Below the pieces are notes generated by a model, which ran no database searches, was not told the DNA's origin, and was given only the letters and a program-made list of their open reading frames with translations. Below, one piece after another: positions 10,548 through 22,754 of a DNA stretch of 64,000 nucleotides. Source of the DNA: Diplonema japonicum (Eukaryota; Protista; Euglenozoa: Diplonemea); assembly GCA_964019335.1 (NCBI GenBank), contig OZ025751.1, forward strand, positions 237,279 through 301,278, given 5' to 3'. The first letter of the stretch is position 1. Each line of letters opens with the position of its first letter. The translations under genes were made by a program, and so were the position numbers.

Positions 10548-11651
10548 ATGTATAATAATATTACCCGTGGTTTCCGTGCTGCCGTAACACACGGAAGGCT
10601 CCCATGGACCAAACAGATGAGAGGAACGAGCACCGCAGAAAACAAAGATGCAGATGCTCTGAAAACGCTGCTCATAAAACTGGACAAGATGAAAGAGACA
10701 GCTGAGGTGGGGTCCAAAGAGTATCACTCAGTGGCGGTTTGCCTCGGCCAGGTTGGTCTTGCCTACATGAATCAAGGCGACCACAAAACCGCTGCAAAAT
10801 ATCTCGAAGAAGGCCTTGAAATGGACAAAATCGTTCAAGGCGGTGTACACATTTCGATGGCAGTCAAGATAAACACACTTGCTTGCACCTGCTTCGCAGC
10901 AGGAAACATCGACCGAGCGATACAACTCTTCACACAGGTCATCGAATTGCAAAAACCCGCTGGAGATTCCGATCAGCTTATAAAAACGTTAAACAACCTA
11001 GGAAGAGCATACTCTGCAATGGGTGACAAGGACACAGCTATGAAAACCCTTCAAGAAGGCTATTCAATGGCGAAACGGCTGCACCCCAACGGGTCTAGAT
11101 CCACCGCAGCGATCCTCAGCACCCTAGCTGGAACCTACCACAGAAGCGGCGACGTGGAACAATGTCTTAAAACCTTCTACGAGGAACTCAATCTTCGGGA
11201 AAAAACACTGCCTCATGAAATCGACCCCCTTGCAGCCTGTCTCCACAACATAGCCTGCATTCATGCTGTTCAGCAGGATCATGACACTTCCCTGCATTAC
11301 CTCCGTAAGGGGTTGGACCTCAAGCAGAAGAAATACCCCGAAGGACACCTAGACACTGCAATGGCCTTTCACCACATAGGCTGCGCGTATGACGCCAAGT
11401 CTGAGTCAGCCAAGGCCGTCCCTTACCACCGCAGTGCTCTTAACATGGCGCAACGCCTTCTTCCTGACACCGATCATCCCTGCACGGCAGACTTTCTGTA
11501 TGGGGTAGGATTCTCCCTCCGTGCCTCTAATGAGGAGAGCAGCAAAGCCGAGGCGGAATCCACCATTGCCAAAGCAACAGAAATGGTAAACAGGCTCAAA
11601 GCAAAGGGGGTAGCTTATCCCACAAGAGAGAGGACCAACATTTATATGTGA
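10548..11651 (+). CDS. Tetratricopeptide repeat protein (kinesin-light-chain-like ~42-aa TPRs), possibly mitochondrion-targeted
   Basis: Repeats such as TLNNLGRAYSAMGD, CLHNIACIH and AFHHIGCAY. N-terminus is Arg-rich and lacks acidic residues. Confidence 0.85.
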   Translation: MYNNITRGFRAAVTHGRLPWTKQMRGTSTAENKDADALKTLLIKLDKMKETAEVGSKEYHSVAVCLGQVGLAYMNQGDHKTAAKYLEEGLEMDKIVQGGVHISMAVKINTLACTCFAAGNIDRAIQLFTQVIELQKPAGDSDQLIKTLNNLGRAYSAMGDKDTAMKTLQEGYSMAKRLHPNGSRSTAAILSTLAGTYHRSGDVEQCLKTFYEELNLREKTLPHEIDPLAACLHNIACIHAVQQDHDTSLHYLRKGLDLKQKKYPEGHLDTAMAFHHIGCAYDAKSESAKAVPYHRSALNMAQRLLPDTDHPCTADFLYGVGFSLRASNEESSKAEAESTIAKATEMVNRLKAKGVAYPTRERTNIYM

Positions 11652-11742
11652 GCTCTCATTTGGAAAGAAAAAAAAAAAGTGTGAAATTTTCTTCGCTGCC
11701 CCAAAAATGGGTAATTATATATCGAAAAACCCAATTAGGGTT

Positions 11743-13581
11743 ATGAGAAGGATGGCGAAGCGATCCCTGGAAGCACTAGTATTCGATAACACAGCGTTGA
11801 AGGGCCTGCCTGTGGATGAGAGCAAGGTGATGAGCCAGCGGGAGGTGCGCGGGGCGTGCTTCTCCTTGGTAGAACTAACACCTTTGACAAACCCCCGCAC
11901 GGTGGCGGTGAGCAAAGAAGCACTGGCGCTTCTAGACATAGATGAAACCGACAATTCCATCGCAGCAAGCCTCAGCGGGAGCAAACTGATACCAGGATCA
12001 CAACCTGCTGCACACTGTTACTGCGGGCATCAATTTGGAAATTTTGCAGGGCAGTTGGGTGACGGGGCGACTATGTACCTAGGAGAAATCACGAATGCCT
12101 CGGGGGCGAAATGGGAACTTCAAATCAAGGGCGGTGGGAAGACACCTTACTCGCGGCAAGGCGACGGCCGGAAGGTCCTCAGATCCTCCTTGCGAGAGTT
12201 TCTATGCAGCGAAGCTATGTACTACCTCAATGTACCCACCACAAGATCAGCTTCGCTGATAGCTTCTGACGACAAAGTGGTGCGAGATATCCAATACGAC
12301 GGGAATGCGAAGATGGAGACATGTTCGGTCATCACACGTATTGCACCGACGTTCCTTAGATTCGGGTCTTTCGAGATCTGCAAAAAGCGGGACCCTGAAA
12401 CGATGAAGGCCGGGCCTTCCGTGGAGCAACCCGAGATTTTGTCCAAGCTCATCGAATTTGCACGGGAGTCATTCTTCACATCGTGCTCCGTGCTGCAAAT
12501 GTACGAGAAAATCGTTCAATCAACGGCATACCTTGTCGCAAGATGGCAGTGTGTCGGGTGGTGCCATGGAGTACTCAACACCGACAACATGTCCATCCTC
12601 GGCATCACCATTGACTATGGTCCGTACGGCTTCCTCGAAGGCTACGACGAGGGGTACATTTGCAACGCCTCCGACACGTCAGGACGGTACACATATGGGG
12701 AACAGCCGAAAAAATGCAAATGGAACCTTATGAAACTGAAGGAATCCCTGACCCTCGCACACCCTGAGATGCAAAGCGAGCTGGAAAAAACACTTGAAAA
12801 GTACACCGAAACCTACGAACGTTTCTACTACAACATGATGGGCAGGAAGATGGGGCTGATTGTCGGCACGCAGCAAGACGTTCATGAAACCGGCCTTCCT
12901 GCCGGAGAGAACACCGTCCCAGACGAGGTTCCCAATGAAGTTCGAGAGATGGTTGACAGCTTCAACAAGACAATGGGCGACACGTATTCAGACTTCACAG
13001 ATTCGTTCAGAAGCTTGTCTGCAGGCAGCAACGATGAGATGCTTACCAGATTGGTTGAGGCTTCTCTGTCTCCTTCTGCAGTTGCAGAGGCATTGCTTGT
13101 CAGAGCGAGGTCGACGAAGCTGATGTTTGAACCTTCTCAGCTACAGATGATCCTTTCAATGCCTCACATGCAAGCGCAGCTCAGCGACCTTTCCAACCAC
13201 GACCCGAAGATCGAGGTCATCAGGGATGAGGCAAACAAATTATATATGCTATCCGATCTGGTCGAAAGCATTGAGGGTTATAAGAAACAGAACGCCGACG
13301 AGAAGAAAAAGATTGACACCGGTAAGTGGGCTTCATTCCTGGAGCAGTACTCGAAGGCCAAGAAAATAGACGGGCATGTTGCGCAGATGGAAGGGTTAAA
13401 CCCTTGCTTCATCCTCAGGCAGTGGGTTCTTCAGGACATCATTGCGAAGGCCGAGAAAGGCGACAATCGTCCCTTGGAAGAGATGCTTGAGAGGGTCAAA
13501 ACTCCTTTCACCCCTTCTCCTGTAGATGAGAAGTACCGTGCGAAGCCGGACGGCGCTGTAGTGGTCACTTGATCCAGTTAA
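11743..13581 (+). CDS. SELENOO: Selenoprotein O (AMPylase, YdiU family) with selenocysteine TGA at 13570-13572; ORF also open from ATG 11707
   Basis: Motifs GHQFG..AGQLGDG, KGGGKTPYSRQGDGRKVLRSSLREFLCSEAM, HGVLNTDNMS, DYGP. The end reads GTC ACT TGA TCC AGT TAA = V-T-U-S-S-stop, matching the known SelO C-terminus (CVTUSS in human). Confidence 0.92.
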
Positions 13582-13665
13582 GGTGGTTTTCCCTGTAAAC
13601 CCTCTTTTTATCATAAAAGAGGTAGGGAGGCCACAGCCTTCGTTTTCCCTTGACGCCTTTCCCTT

Positions 13666-13757
13666 GGCCTTGTGACGTGCTTTTTCACAAATTTCAAAAA
13701 AAGTGCCGGCCCCCTCTACGGGGTGTCAAAGGTGCCCGCTGTGAAACACTGAAGGTT
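13666..13757 (+). promoter_or_regulatory. Candidate SECIS element in the SelO 3' UTR
   Basis: GTGA-C at 13672, then GTGCTTTTTCAC and AAA (13689-13691). 3' arm GTGAAACAC (13741-13749) followed by TGAA and GG pairing with upstream CC. The apical region (~50 nt) is atypically long. Confidence 0.4.
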
Positions 13758-14451
13758 CCAATATTGGTGTCTATCCTGTCCCACTACCCAACCTTTTTTT
13801 TTTCTTTTTTTTCTTTGCCCAGGTTCCAACGGCTGAGACTTGCTTTCCCTTTGTCACCATTGTGCGCGGCGTCCACCTTCCCTTTTCAGGGTTCCCCCCC
13901 CCCCCCCCCCCCGTTACCCCACCCTCGTAGTCTGCCGCCAACTGGCTTTAGTAGGGACCGAATAAAAGGGACCAGGATGCTTGCTCTCGAGTACTTTCCC
14001 GTTTTTTTTTACCCCCTTTTTTTTCTCTTTCAATAGGCATTTCGGGGGGTTAACCGCATCACCGAAACCATGTTGCATGTGTAACATTTCTGTGTCTGAG
14101 GGGTCCGAGGGGGATGAATAGAGGGATCACATGTATTCCTTACATGCTCTCTTGTCATCGGTTTTAAGCCCCCCCCCCCCCCTGCTTGGCGATCAGTTAA
14201 CCTTGGATATTATGGTTGTCCCCCCTTTTTTTTTAACTACAACCCCCCCCCCCCCCCCCATGCCCCCCCATTTTTAGACCGCTATCCATCATGAGTCACA
14301 CAGTGCGGCGACAACCGATGTCTCCTTGATGGCTGCTGGTTTATGTTATTCTTCTTTTTTTTTTCTCATTCTTTCAACAATTCTGGGGGGGGATAAAAAA
14401 AAAAGAGGGAAAAAAAAAGGACAACACCCCTCCCCTCCCCTACCATGTAAG

Positions 14452-17400
14452 ATGACGACTATAGCGCGCCCGCACTGGGACAAGGGGGTTGGCAAGCAAC
14501 GACAGGCACAGGCCATGAAGAGGAGGGACATGCGAGTGGAGAGGTTTCTGAAGCAGCGTTCGTACGCAAAGGCGCGCGAAAAAATCGGGGCTGAGAAGCT
14601 GCCGGCTGAGAGTGCCCCGAAAAACAGGCGAAGAAAACTGATCAAAAACGGCATGTGGACGAAGGCTAAGAGCACACAGGTGACCCTCTCACCACTCGAG
14701 AAACAAATCTGCAGCGATGCCTTCACCAAAACAGCCATGAGCCCTCTCATCTGCGGACACGGGCACACCAACAACGCCTCTGTGCTAAGCGGCACGCTAG
14801 CCATCAAGGCCTGCCTGCAAAGCCTCGGGATATTCCTATCCGACGAGAATCTCGACACCATCATTGCAGAAAACACGACGGAAAACTGCACCGATTTGAC
14901 ATCCTTCTTCAACATCGTTCTTGGGACCAAAAAGCTATGCTGCCACTCGAGGGAGAAGGACGCAGACTTGGTGGAAGCGTACCTGGGCCTCGGAGGGAAC
15001 CCCGGCATCAACGATAACGGCGGCCTGCCCGCCAGGAACCTCATCATGTTCATGAAGGAACTAGGTGTGAAGTTCGACGAGAAGGCCCGTGTGGACGCGC
15101 AGGGTGACTTGCAGGACTTCGATTACGAAGGCTCGGAGCACTCGGAGGATCTAGACCCCGCTGTGGAGGAGTCAAGCGACGAAGAGTATGTGCAGGGTAA
15201 CATCAAATCCATTGACGCTGTCTTCGCCATCGCCTCAGAGGGCAAGCTCATGCGCCGTTGGAAAGCTGTCACCTGGGCCATCCTCGCTACGGTTCGAATC
15301 CGTCGCTCCCTCATCCCGTGGTTTCTCGACGCAGCTCGGCAAGCGTCTCTCCCATCAACCATCGGTGGAAGCGCAGGGCGCATGAAAAAAGAATACATCC
15401 CATCAAAAGAATGGGAAGGCAGAAAACACGGGTACTACTTCGCTCGCGGTGTTCTGGGCTTAGGCTACTACCTTATCAAGAAGAGCATTGAACTGCCGTC
15501 CTTCCACGACGAGGAAGCCGCAAGGAAGGATTCCCACGTCCAAACACCCGCCAGCTCGGAGGACGAGAACGACGCAACAGACGAAGCGCCCACCGTCATC
15601 AAGAAGCTGCGCAAGCGGATTAACAGGGGAAAAATGCTGCTCAAAGCGGTAATGGAAAGCTCGAAGAAGCGGACAGGGGAGGAGCACCAGTGGAGCACGG
15701 TACAAGAGATCGTGCCCATTCCGGTGGAAGGCTTCGAGGGCGAGCTGGGGTATGTTAGCCCGCCCCCGATCGAAAGGAAGCAGGCCATAGTCCTTCATGA
15801 ACCCATCCCCATGGAAGCAATCACCACCAAGTCTGAACCACCTGTACCCAGCGTGGCGCGCTGCACCGATATGCTCCCCAACATCGCTATCTTAAGCAGC
15901 GAGTCAAATGACAACTCGCCGGAAAACTCCCCATGTTCACGCAACATGAAATCTTTTGTTTTTGGCAGCATGTGTCATGGTCATGAAATGGACTTGCGCG
16001 GGGGTTATCGCGGAACGACTGACACGCGGCTAAGCAGGCTGTTTGACCCGGGCACCAGAACTGAAGCCAGTTCCCCTTTGACGAACACATTCGCGGCGAC
16101 GGTTTTTGAAGCGTTGAAAAAACCAGTTGCAACCTGTTCCTCCTTCGAAGAACCAGTGGAAGAAGCCACCCTGCATCAAGAAAAACAAGAAGAAGAAGAA
16201 GAAGGGAAGTGCGTAGGATTTGCCCCTTCTGACGACAACGTGTTCCGCGCCTTCGAACACGACAGACACGACAGGAAGAAGTCACGGTCATCATCTGCGT
16301 TCATCGGGTGGACTGGTGCCAAGTGGATGTGGCAAGGCCCGCAAGCGCTGCACTCAAACAGCGAAAAGTCTTTTCGAGAAGCTCTCGAACACGAAGAGAA
16401 AGCAATCCGCGCGGAGAAGCGTGCCAGCACAATGCTGCGAGAGGTAGTCTTCTCCATCATGGCTTGCAAGAAGGCGGATCACATAACAAGCATGTGGAAG
16501 AGAGATGTGGGAACCTTCGACAACAGTGACATGGAGACTGTAAAAGAACGGCTTCAGGATCACAGCTGGTTGGTGTGGAGAGATGCGGCAGTTGCGTTGG
16601 AACTACAGGCGAGCGATGTAGCCTCAAGGACGTACTCCGAGAGGCTGGAGGAACTGGACGACCAACTGAGCGACGAGGACGAGTACGAGGTGACGAACGA
16701 TCCTGAAATGGGGCAGAAGCTAGCAAAGCTTGCGCAAGAGCTGGGCCTTCGCACCTGCGACTACGATCCTGCTGACGAGCCGGACGATTTGCAGTTCGAG
16801 CGCCTCAGCGAACTGTCTGACATCGTGACCGCCGACAGGTTCATCGGTTTTGAAGAGTTCGCCGCCTTCTTCGACAGGTACCGCGTGTACAAAGGACACA
16901 ACCACGTAGGTGCTTTCCAGCTCGTTTCAAGAGTGAAAACAATCGAAAAAACCGCCTATGAGAAAATGCGTGAGAGGCTTGCCATGTCGCTGTACTATGT
17001 CGCAGGGGAGCGGAAGAGCATCTCCAAAACATTCCAGAAACACAAAATGTGGAACGACAAATGGTCGCGCAAGGGAGAGAGCGCTGACCAGATGTTGCAC
17101 ACACCCTCGCATTCACGGGGGAACCCCATGCTGGTCACACCGAAGCCGTCGCGGGCGAACTTTTTCCAGGAACGAATGCCGAGGTCGCCGATGAAAGACC
17201 TGTCAAAGACGAGCGCAGTCCTGATCACGTTGGGGGGGAGCTTGGTACGGCCGTGGGATGGTGTGCAATACAATTACACACCTAGGAGGGAGCAGGGGAA
17301 ACTGATCAAAGGAAGCTCGCGGTTCATTCCGTTCGACTGGAACAAAATCGGAGAAGACATCCTCCGGCTAGACCAGGGGAAGAGGACGTTCGATGACGCA

Positions 17401-18928
17401 GAGACGACATTGCTGAGGAACGCACTGGACGCCTTCAACTTCTCTGATTATTTCGGAGGCATCGACGATGACAGCACGCAGAGCGAAGTCTCGTCCTCAG
17501 TCACAAGCAGCAGCTCACCTGACATCGAGGAGGATCAGCCAAAGCTTCCGAAAACATGGAACAAGTTCACGAATTTATTGAAAGCCGGAAAAAATCGCAG
17601 CCGAGGCGCGCCTGACGGCGGGGGCCGGACAGTGCAGCAGATTCGCAGGGTACTGATGATGAAGCTAGCCTCCGAAGCAGCGGAGGACGACGATTGCAAC
17701 ACAGAAAACAAGGTATTCCAACAACAGCAAAGACGGGGAAACACACAACAGGGAGGTAACGCCTCAGTTGAAGACCAGCTGGAAGAGCTTGCTGACGAGG
17801 TAAACGAGAACATCGGCAATTCAGCGCACTCTGAGTTGAACCGCACCAGAGCCTTCACCTTTGCCGACAAGAGAGAACTCGTCGCCTTCGCGTCCTCACA
17901 TGTTGCACCCCTTGAAGAGACCTCTTCCTCAGATGACGATGGCAACGGCTTCGGTCTAATTTCGGTGAGACAAAAGTCACGCACTGGCACCCTCATCAAG
18001 ATACCACAGGAAACCAACGACGTATGGCCGTAGGGGGAGGGGGATTTAATAAAAAAAAATGTAGGGAGAGCCGAATTATATAACAGTGAAGGGTGTACCC
18101 ATAGTCTTGTCCATAGATCAGCTCCGTGGGGCGGAGGAGTCAAGAACAGCTTGTGAGATGCTCAAAAAAATCAAGAAACGGAAATTGAAACACGCACGAC
18201 GTGTCACACGACGCACTCCCACTGTGAAGAAGACGGAACGGCTTGCTGCTGTGAAGGCAAGAGAAGAGGTGCGTGTGAAGCCGCACAACAGAGTGTTTAA
18301 GCATAAGGAAGAGCTTGCTTCCAAGCCCAAAGAGCCCCCGGATGAATGTAGTAGCCAAGACAAAAAGGTGAGTATCTTCTGTGGGAATTCGTCAGGAACC
18401 CTGACCTCTGAAGACCCCAAGACACCTATTACACCGGTCTCATCTTCCGTTACCATGACACCTGTGAACCCACTTTTTTGCGTTACGCCTATGAGTGAGC
18501 CGGTTTCCCTTGTACTGCCTAATAAGCCTTCCGCGTTGAAGAAGAAGCCTGTCATTGATTCGGGTTGTGCCACACGAACATCTATTCGGCCAGCGTTGTC
18601 TACAACCTTCGACCTTCGGTTGGAGGAATTTGGCCCGTCAGCAACACCACTCCCCAGTTCACCAGCAACACCCTTACCCATCACGCCGGGAGTACCAACA
18701 TTACCACCAGCGTTGGCTATCGACAATGTTGATGTTGGTTCACCATGCAGTGTGTCTCCAAGGGTCCATTTCGAGGACCCGCCGCTTGAGCCATCCGAGC
18801 AGCCGCCTCCACGCCCTGTCCCTGTCTACAATTTGTTCAAGCCCCGCCCCCCTGATAAGTCTATCGGCGCCAAGAAGTTCGCCCGCCACATCAACGCCAC
18901 CTACCTCAACGTGCGCAGGCGCCTCTAG
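14452..18928 (+). CDS. Large hypothetical protein (~1477 aa) with a degenerate EF-hand/ODA-DC3-like N-terminal region; intron 18022-18064
   Basis: Two long ORFs joined in frame by GTATGG...AATGTAG (43 nt). DADLVEAYLGLGGNPG resembles the AFVALGG motif of DC3-like EF-hand proteins. Confidence 0.7.
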
Positions 18929-19103
18929 GCCGTTGCTCTTCCGGGCCACGCATTTTCCCCTTTGTACTCTTCTTCAATTCTATCTTCTTTCTTTTCGTTT
19001 TTTTTCCCCTTTTTTTTTCCATTCATCTACAATGTTGCACGTACATCGGATTTAACTTTACGCCCAGGCACGGGAGGGAGGGTGGGTGGGTGTGGGCGTC
19101 ACG

Positions 19104-22100
19104 ATGGTGCAAGATTTCCAGCTCTCAACACTGGGCGGGAGGTTCAAGCAGCTGAAGCAGAACATGTCGTCGCAGATGGGGGAGAAGCATGCGGTAAACG
19201 AGAGGACTTACCTGCAGCCCGAGAGGAATACGACGAGCAGGTCAAGCGCTTCAGGGAGGAAGAAAGAGATGACGGTGACAGAGTCAGATGCATGGATTCA
19301 CGCATTGCTGAACACAGATGACATATCAGGCACAGTAGAGGAGATGAAACACCTCCGTGGAATCAGTCCCTCGCGAAAGGGGCCTCCAAAGAGAAAGATG
19401 TCGTACGTCCCTGCGTCTCCTGTGGCAAAGTACGCACAGAGAGAGACCTACTCGCCCCCACCGAGCACAAAACAGTCAACCACGGCAGAGACAGCTTTAG
19501 AAAAAGCTGCCAAGATCATGGAAGACCTACAAGAGTTAACCTCAAACGGGTTCGACACACCAGCACCACCTAAGGGTGTGGTGCTCCCCGCTCCCGTGTC
19601 TACATTGCTCCCTCCTACACCGTCTCCTTCTCATCTTCCACCTAGACCCCACGAGCAGCAAAGAGAACATAGAGAGTTCAGGGAACTTCCGTCTAGTAGT
19701 AGAGAGCCTGCCAGCGACTTCACCCGGCCATCCGTTCGCCCTCAGGAGCCTTCCTTTGAAAGGAAGCCACGAGAAGTCTCTAAAGATATAGCCACTGAAG
19801 ACAAGTGGTTGCACGCAGCACAAAGCCTCAGAGGCCGCTCCATCACAAGAGACCACCCTGAAAGAGCGAGAAGTACATACCGAGATCCTAGCGCACATTT
19901 GGAGCCCCCCGGCCCTGGGGGGAGAAGCCAGTCGACATCACGCTGTCCCTCCCCAAGCACCGACGTGCCTCCCTTGTTCCTGCGTCCCCCCAGTGCTGTG
20001 CCCCCCTCGCCGTTGTGGGGAACACCGCGCTCCGAGGCGGACAAACCTGTATGGGACAAGACTGCGACGGCCAAAGGTGGCAACAACATTGCGGAGTTCC
20101 TTCTTGAAAAACAGAAGGCTCTTGCAGACCAGCAGCAAGCCCTTGCGAGTGAATATGATTACCTGCGCGGTGAGCAGGACAGGCTGGCAGTGCGAGAGGC
20201 CGTGGTAAAGGAGAAGGAATACGAAATACGAAGCCAGCGAAGCGAAAGCCCGAGAGGGATAAGGACTGCAGTGTGGACGACGTCGAATGTGAACGGGCAT
20301 TTGGCGGCCCCTGTTGTGACGGGACCTGGGAGCAGGGGCCCAAGCCCCGTTAGGAGGCACGGCAGCACACGCGGGGGGAAAGCCGAGCTGGTGTCGAGAC
20401 TTGAAGAGCAGCAGAGCGAGCTGAGGGACGCTCTGTCGAGAGAGTACCAAGGCCACGAGACCAACGTGCGGGCTGTGCTGCACAGCGTCGATGCCACAAA
20501 ATCACGAGCCGGAAAAGCAACACCGCCTCTCCCAAACACCATGGTGGACGTGCCAAGAGCTGTTTCTCCTGCAAGATCAGGGTTGGGAATGGGTCCTGGT
20601 GGGTCTGCAACCACAGAGAGAGCCCCAAGACAACAACCACAGAGAGAGCAACAGCAACGGCAGGTGTATCCTCAGGAATCCGCGTGGGGGTCACAGTTTC
20701 CGGAGCAGCTCCCGCATGCAGCCATAACAACGGTGCACAACACAGAGAGGTATGCGCAATTGAAGAGTAAACAAACTTCGAACAGCACACGAACATACAG
20801 TCCTGATGCCATGTCGGGGCAGAGCAAGCCTAGTGCACCGCAAGACGATTGGTTGGACAAGCCTGTTCTGGCACCCGTCAACCCGAGGGATACCACGCAC
20901 AGCTACACAGTCGTGACAGAAGAGAAGACGCACCACGCTGACCATTTCGATGAGCAGCGCCCGACGTCGCCCATGAGGGGATTGTCGCAGCAGCCTCCTG
21001 GAAGGGTGTCCTTCTGGGACGGTGGCGTAAGCAGCGTACCACAGCGTGACCCATCGCCTGTGGGGTCGCCTCTGCGCATTGAGGATAGGTTGTCACCTAG
21101 GAGGAGCATGCCTGACGAGTTCATGATCACTATTATGCTGGATGCAAAGAACGCAGGGAACCTCACCGTGCACGTGAAGCCCAGCGACAGCATGGCTGCG
21201 GTGAAGGCAAAAATACAAGAGCAGCGCCCCTCCATTCTGATAGAGCAGCAACACCTGCTGTACCAGGGGAGGGAGGTCGAAGACTCTCTGAAGGTGTTTG
21301 ATTACGGGATCGTCCACAATGCTGTGCTGCAGCTTCTCATCAACGACAGACAGGAGGATCCGCTGTCGCCTGCAGCAACGCAGACACCGTCGCACACCAT
21401 GGCAGCATCGGTGGCAGACACCATGCCGCAAGAATACTACCCACCACCTTCGAAGGCAGTGAAGATAAAGACACCAATGTCAAGCGTGTTGGAGCTGGTC
21501 ATCACACGTGAAGACAGCGAGGCGGGGACCCTTGACCGTGCGAAGGGCAGGCTGGGCATATCGGGAGACGTTTCCGTCACTCACAATGGCAGGCCGAAAA
21601 GGTTGGTCTTCAGCGATGTGCAGGTCGGCCTCGTGTACACCCTAGAGCCTGTCGCTGTCCCGCCTACTACCCAGTCCACAACCCCTCAGTACACCGAACC
21701 GGCGAGCTCACCCGTCCCGATGTCACCAGATGCTGACGAGGAGCCTCCAAGCAGCATCCCCCAGCCCAATGCCTCTGTGAAGCCTCTGAGAGAGTTGTAT
21801 GACAAAATCGTGAGGGAGAAGGGCAAGGCCACGCGCGGTGATATCGGCCAAGTTGTCAGGAGCCACCCCAGCCCTGCCTCCCTGTTGGACCTCGACGGGC
21901 ACGTCCCCAACGATGTGGAGACACGACGCTCTATCGCCGCGCTGTTCACGATGCAGGACGCGGTCAAGGAGATATCGTGGTCGGAGCTCCTGCGCGAGAT
22001 GATGGCGCACCAGGCGAAGAGCGAGCTGTCGGCGTCATGTTGGGACCGCAACCCATGGCGAGCGGTGTCAAAGGGCACAGCGGTAGAGCCGACAGAGGAT

Positions 22101-22754
22101 GTTCCTATGAAACATAGGTACCTGTTAAACTTAGGAGCAGGTCGTGTTATACAGGTGGGACACACACCAATATCGGCAAGGGCGCCTGCGGAGATTCCTG
22201 TCGCGGAGGTAGTGTTCCGTGGCACAGGTGGGGTGGTCGAGTGGGTGAGGTTGACGAACCTTCGAGTAGTGACGGGCAGTGCAGCACATCAAGCCCCGAG
22301 CCTGCCTGACGAGAATATGTTGCATGACAGAACACCCCACTCCATACCTATGCCCACAACGCCGGGAGGACGGTCCGCGTTCAGTCAACGGCCTGGGAGA
22401 CCGAGTGAAAGGTTGCCACCAACGGCCCCCCCAGCAGGGAGGGGTAGGGGTAGGGGATTGCAGCTTCAATCCCTTCAGAGACCTTCTGGCGGTGGAAGAG
22501 GTGCAGGTGGGCGCGGCACTGGCCCCACACTAGCGTCTCAAATATCTGTACAGCGAAACAGGACTAGGACCCAGCCTCCGCCTGAGTCGCGCATAGAAAC
22601 CACAGCGGGCACCATTGATGTATCTGCCTTGCTTAGAGGGCATCAGTACAATCCAGCTGGTATGGAATGGGGGGAAATAGTGGGGGGGAAACATAATACA
22701 GCACGCTCCGCGTCTCAAACTTCTGTGAGAAGACGGCCCTCTGGAAATAAGTAA
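19104..22754 (+). CDS. Large low-complexity protein with an internal ubiquitin-like domain (~21123-21341) and a coiled coil
   Basis: Ubiquitin-fold pattern LTVHVKPSDSMAAVKAKIQEQ...QQHLLYQGREVEDSLKVFDYGIVHNAVLQL. Candidate acceptor AG at 19066-19067. Confidence 0.75.
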   Translation: MVQDFQLSTLGGRFKQLKQNMSSQMGEKHAVNERTYLQPERNTTSRSSASGRKKEMTVTESDAWIHALLNTDDISGTVEEMKHLRGISPSRKGPPKRKMSYVPASPVAKYAQRETYSPPPSTKQSTTAETALEKAAKIMEDLQELTSNGFDTPAPPKGVVLPAPVSTLLPPTPSPSHLPPRPHEQQREHREFRELPSSSREPASDFTRPSVRPQEPSFERKPREVSKDIATEDKWLHAAQSLRGRSITRDHPERARSTYRDPSAHLEPPGPGGRSQSTSRCPSPSTDVPPLFLRPPSAVPPSPLWGTPRSEADKPVWDKTATAKGGNNIAEFLLEKQKALADQQQALASEYDYLRGEQDRLAVREAVVKEKEYEIRSQRSESPRGIRTAVWTTSNVNGHLAAPVVTGPGSRGPSPVRRHGSTRGGKAELVSRLEEQQSELRDALSREYQGHETNVRAVLHSVDATKSRAGKATPPLPNTMVDVPRAVSPARSGLGMGPGGSATTERAPRQQPQREQQQRQVYPQESAWGSQFPEQLPHAAITTVHNTERYAQLKSKQTSNSTRTYSPDAMSGQSKPSAPQDDWLDKPVLAPVNPRDTTHSYTVVTEEKTHHADHFDEQRPTSPMRGLSQQPPGRVSFWDGGVSSVPQRDPSPVGSPLRIEDRLSPRRSMPDEFMITIMLDAKNAGNLTVHVKPSDSMAAVKAKIQEQRPSILIEQQHLLYQGREVEDSLKVFDYGIVHNAVLQLLINDRQEDPLSPAATQTPSHTMAASVADTMPQEYYPPPSKAVKIKTPMSSVLELVITREDSEAGTLDRAKGRLGISGDVSVTHNGRPKRLVFSDVQVGLVYTLEPVAVPPTTQSTTPQYTEPASSPVPMSPDADEEPPSSIPQPNASVKPLRELYDKIVREKGKATRGDIGQVVRSHPSPASLLDLDGHVPNDVETRRSIAALFTMQDAVKEISWSELLREMMAHQAKSELSASCWDRNPWRAVSKGTAVEPTEDVPMKHRYLLNLGAGRVIQVGHTPISARAPAEIPVAEVVFRGTGGVVEWVRLTNLRVVTGSAAHQAPSLPDENMLHDRTPHSIPMPTTPGGRSAFSQRPGRPSERLPPTAPPAGRGRGRGLQLQSLQRPSGGGRGAGGRGTGPTLASQISVQRNRTRTQPPPESRIETTAGTIDVSALLRGHQYNPAGMEWGEIVGGKHNTARSASQTSVRRRPSGNK

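Noticed and set aside
14286-14332. Alternative SECIS or C/D snoRNA (ccatcATGA...TGAtgg)
   Set aside because: No well-formed helix II with correctly spaced AA, and no CTGA D box.
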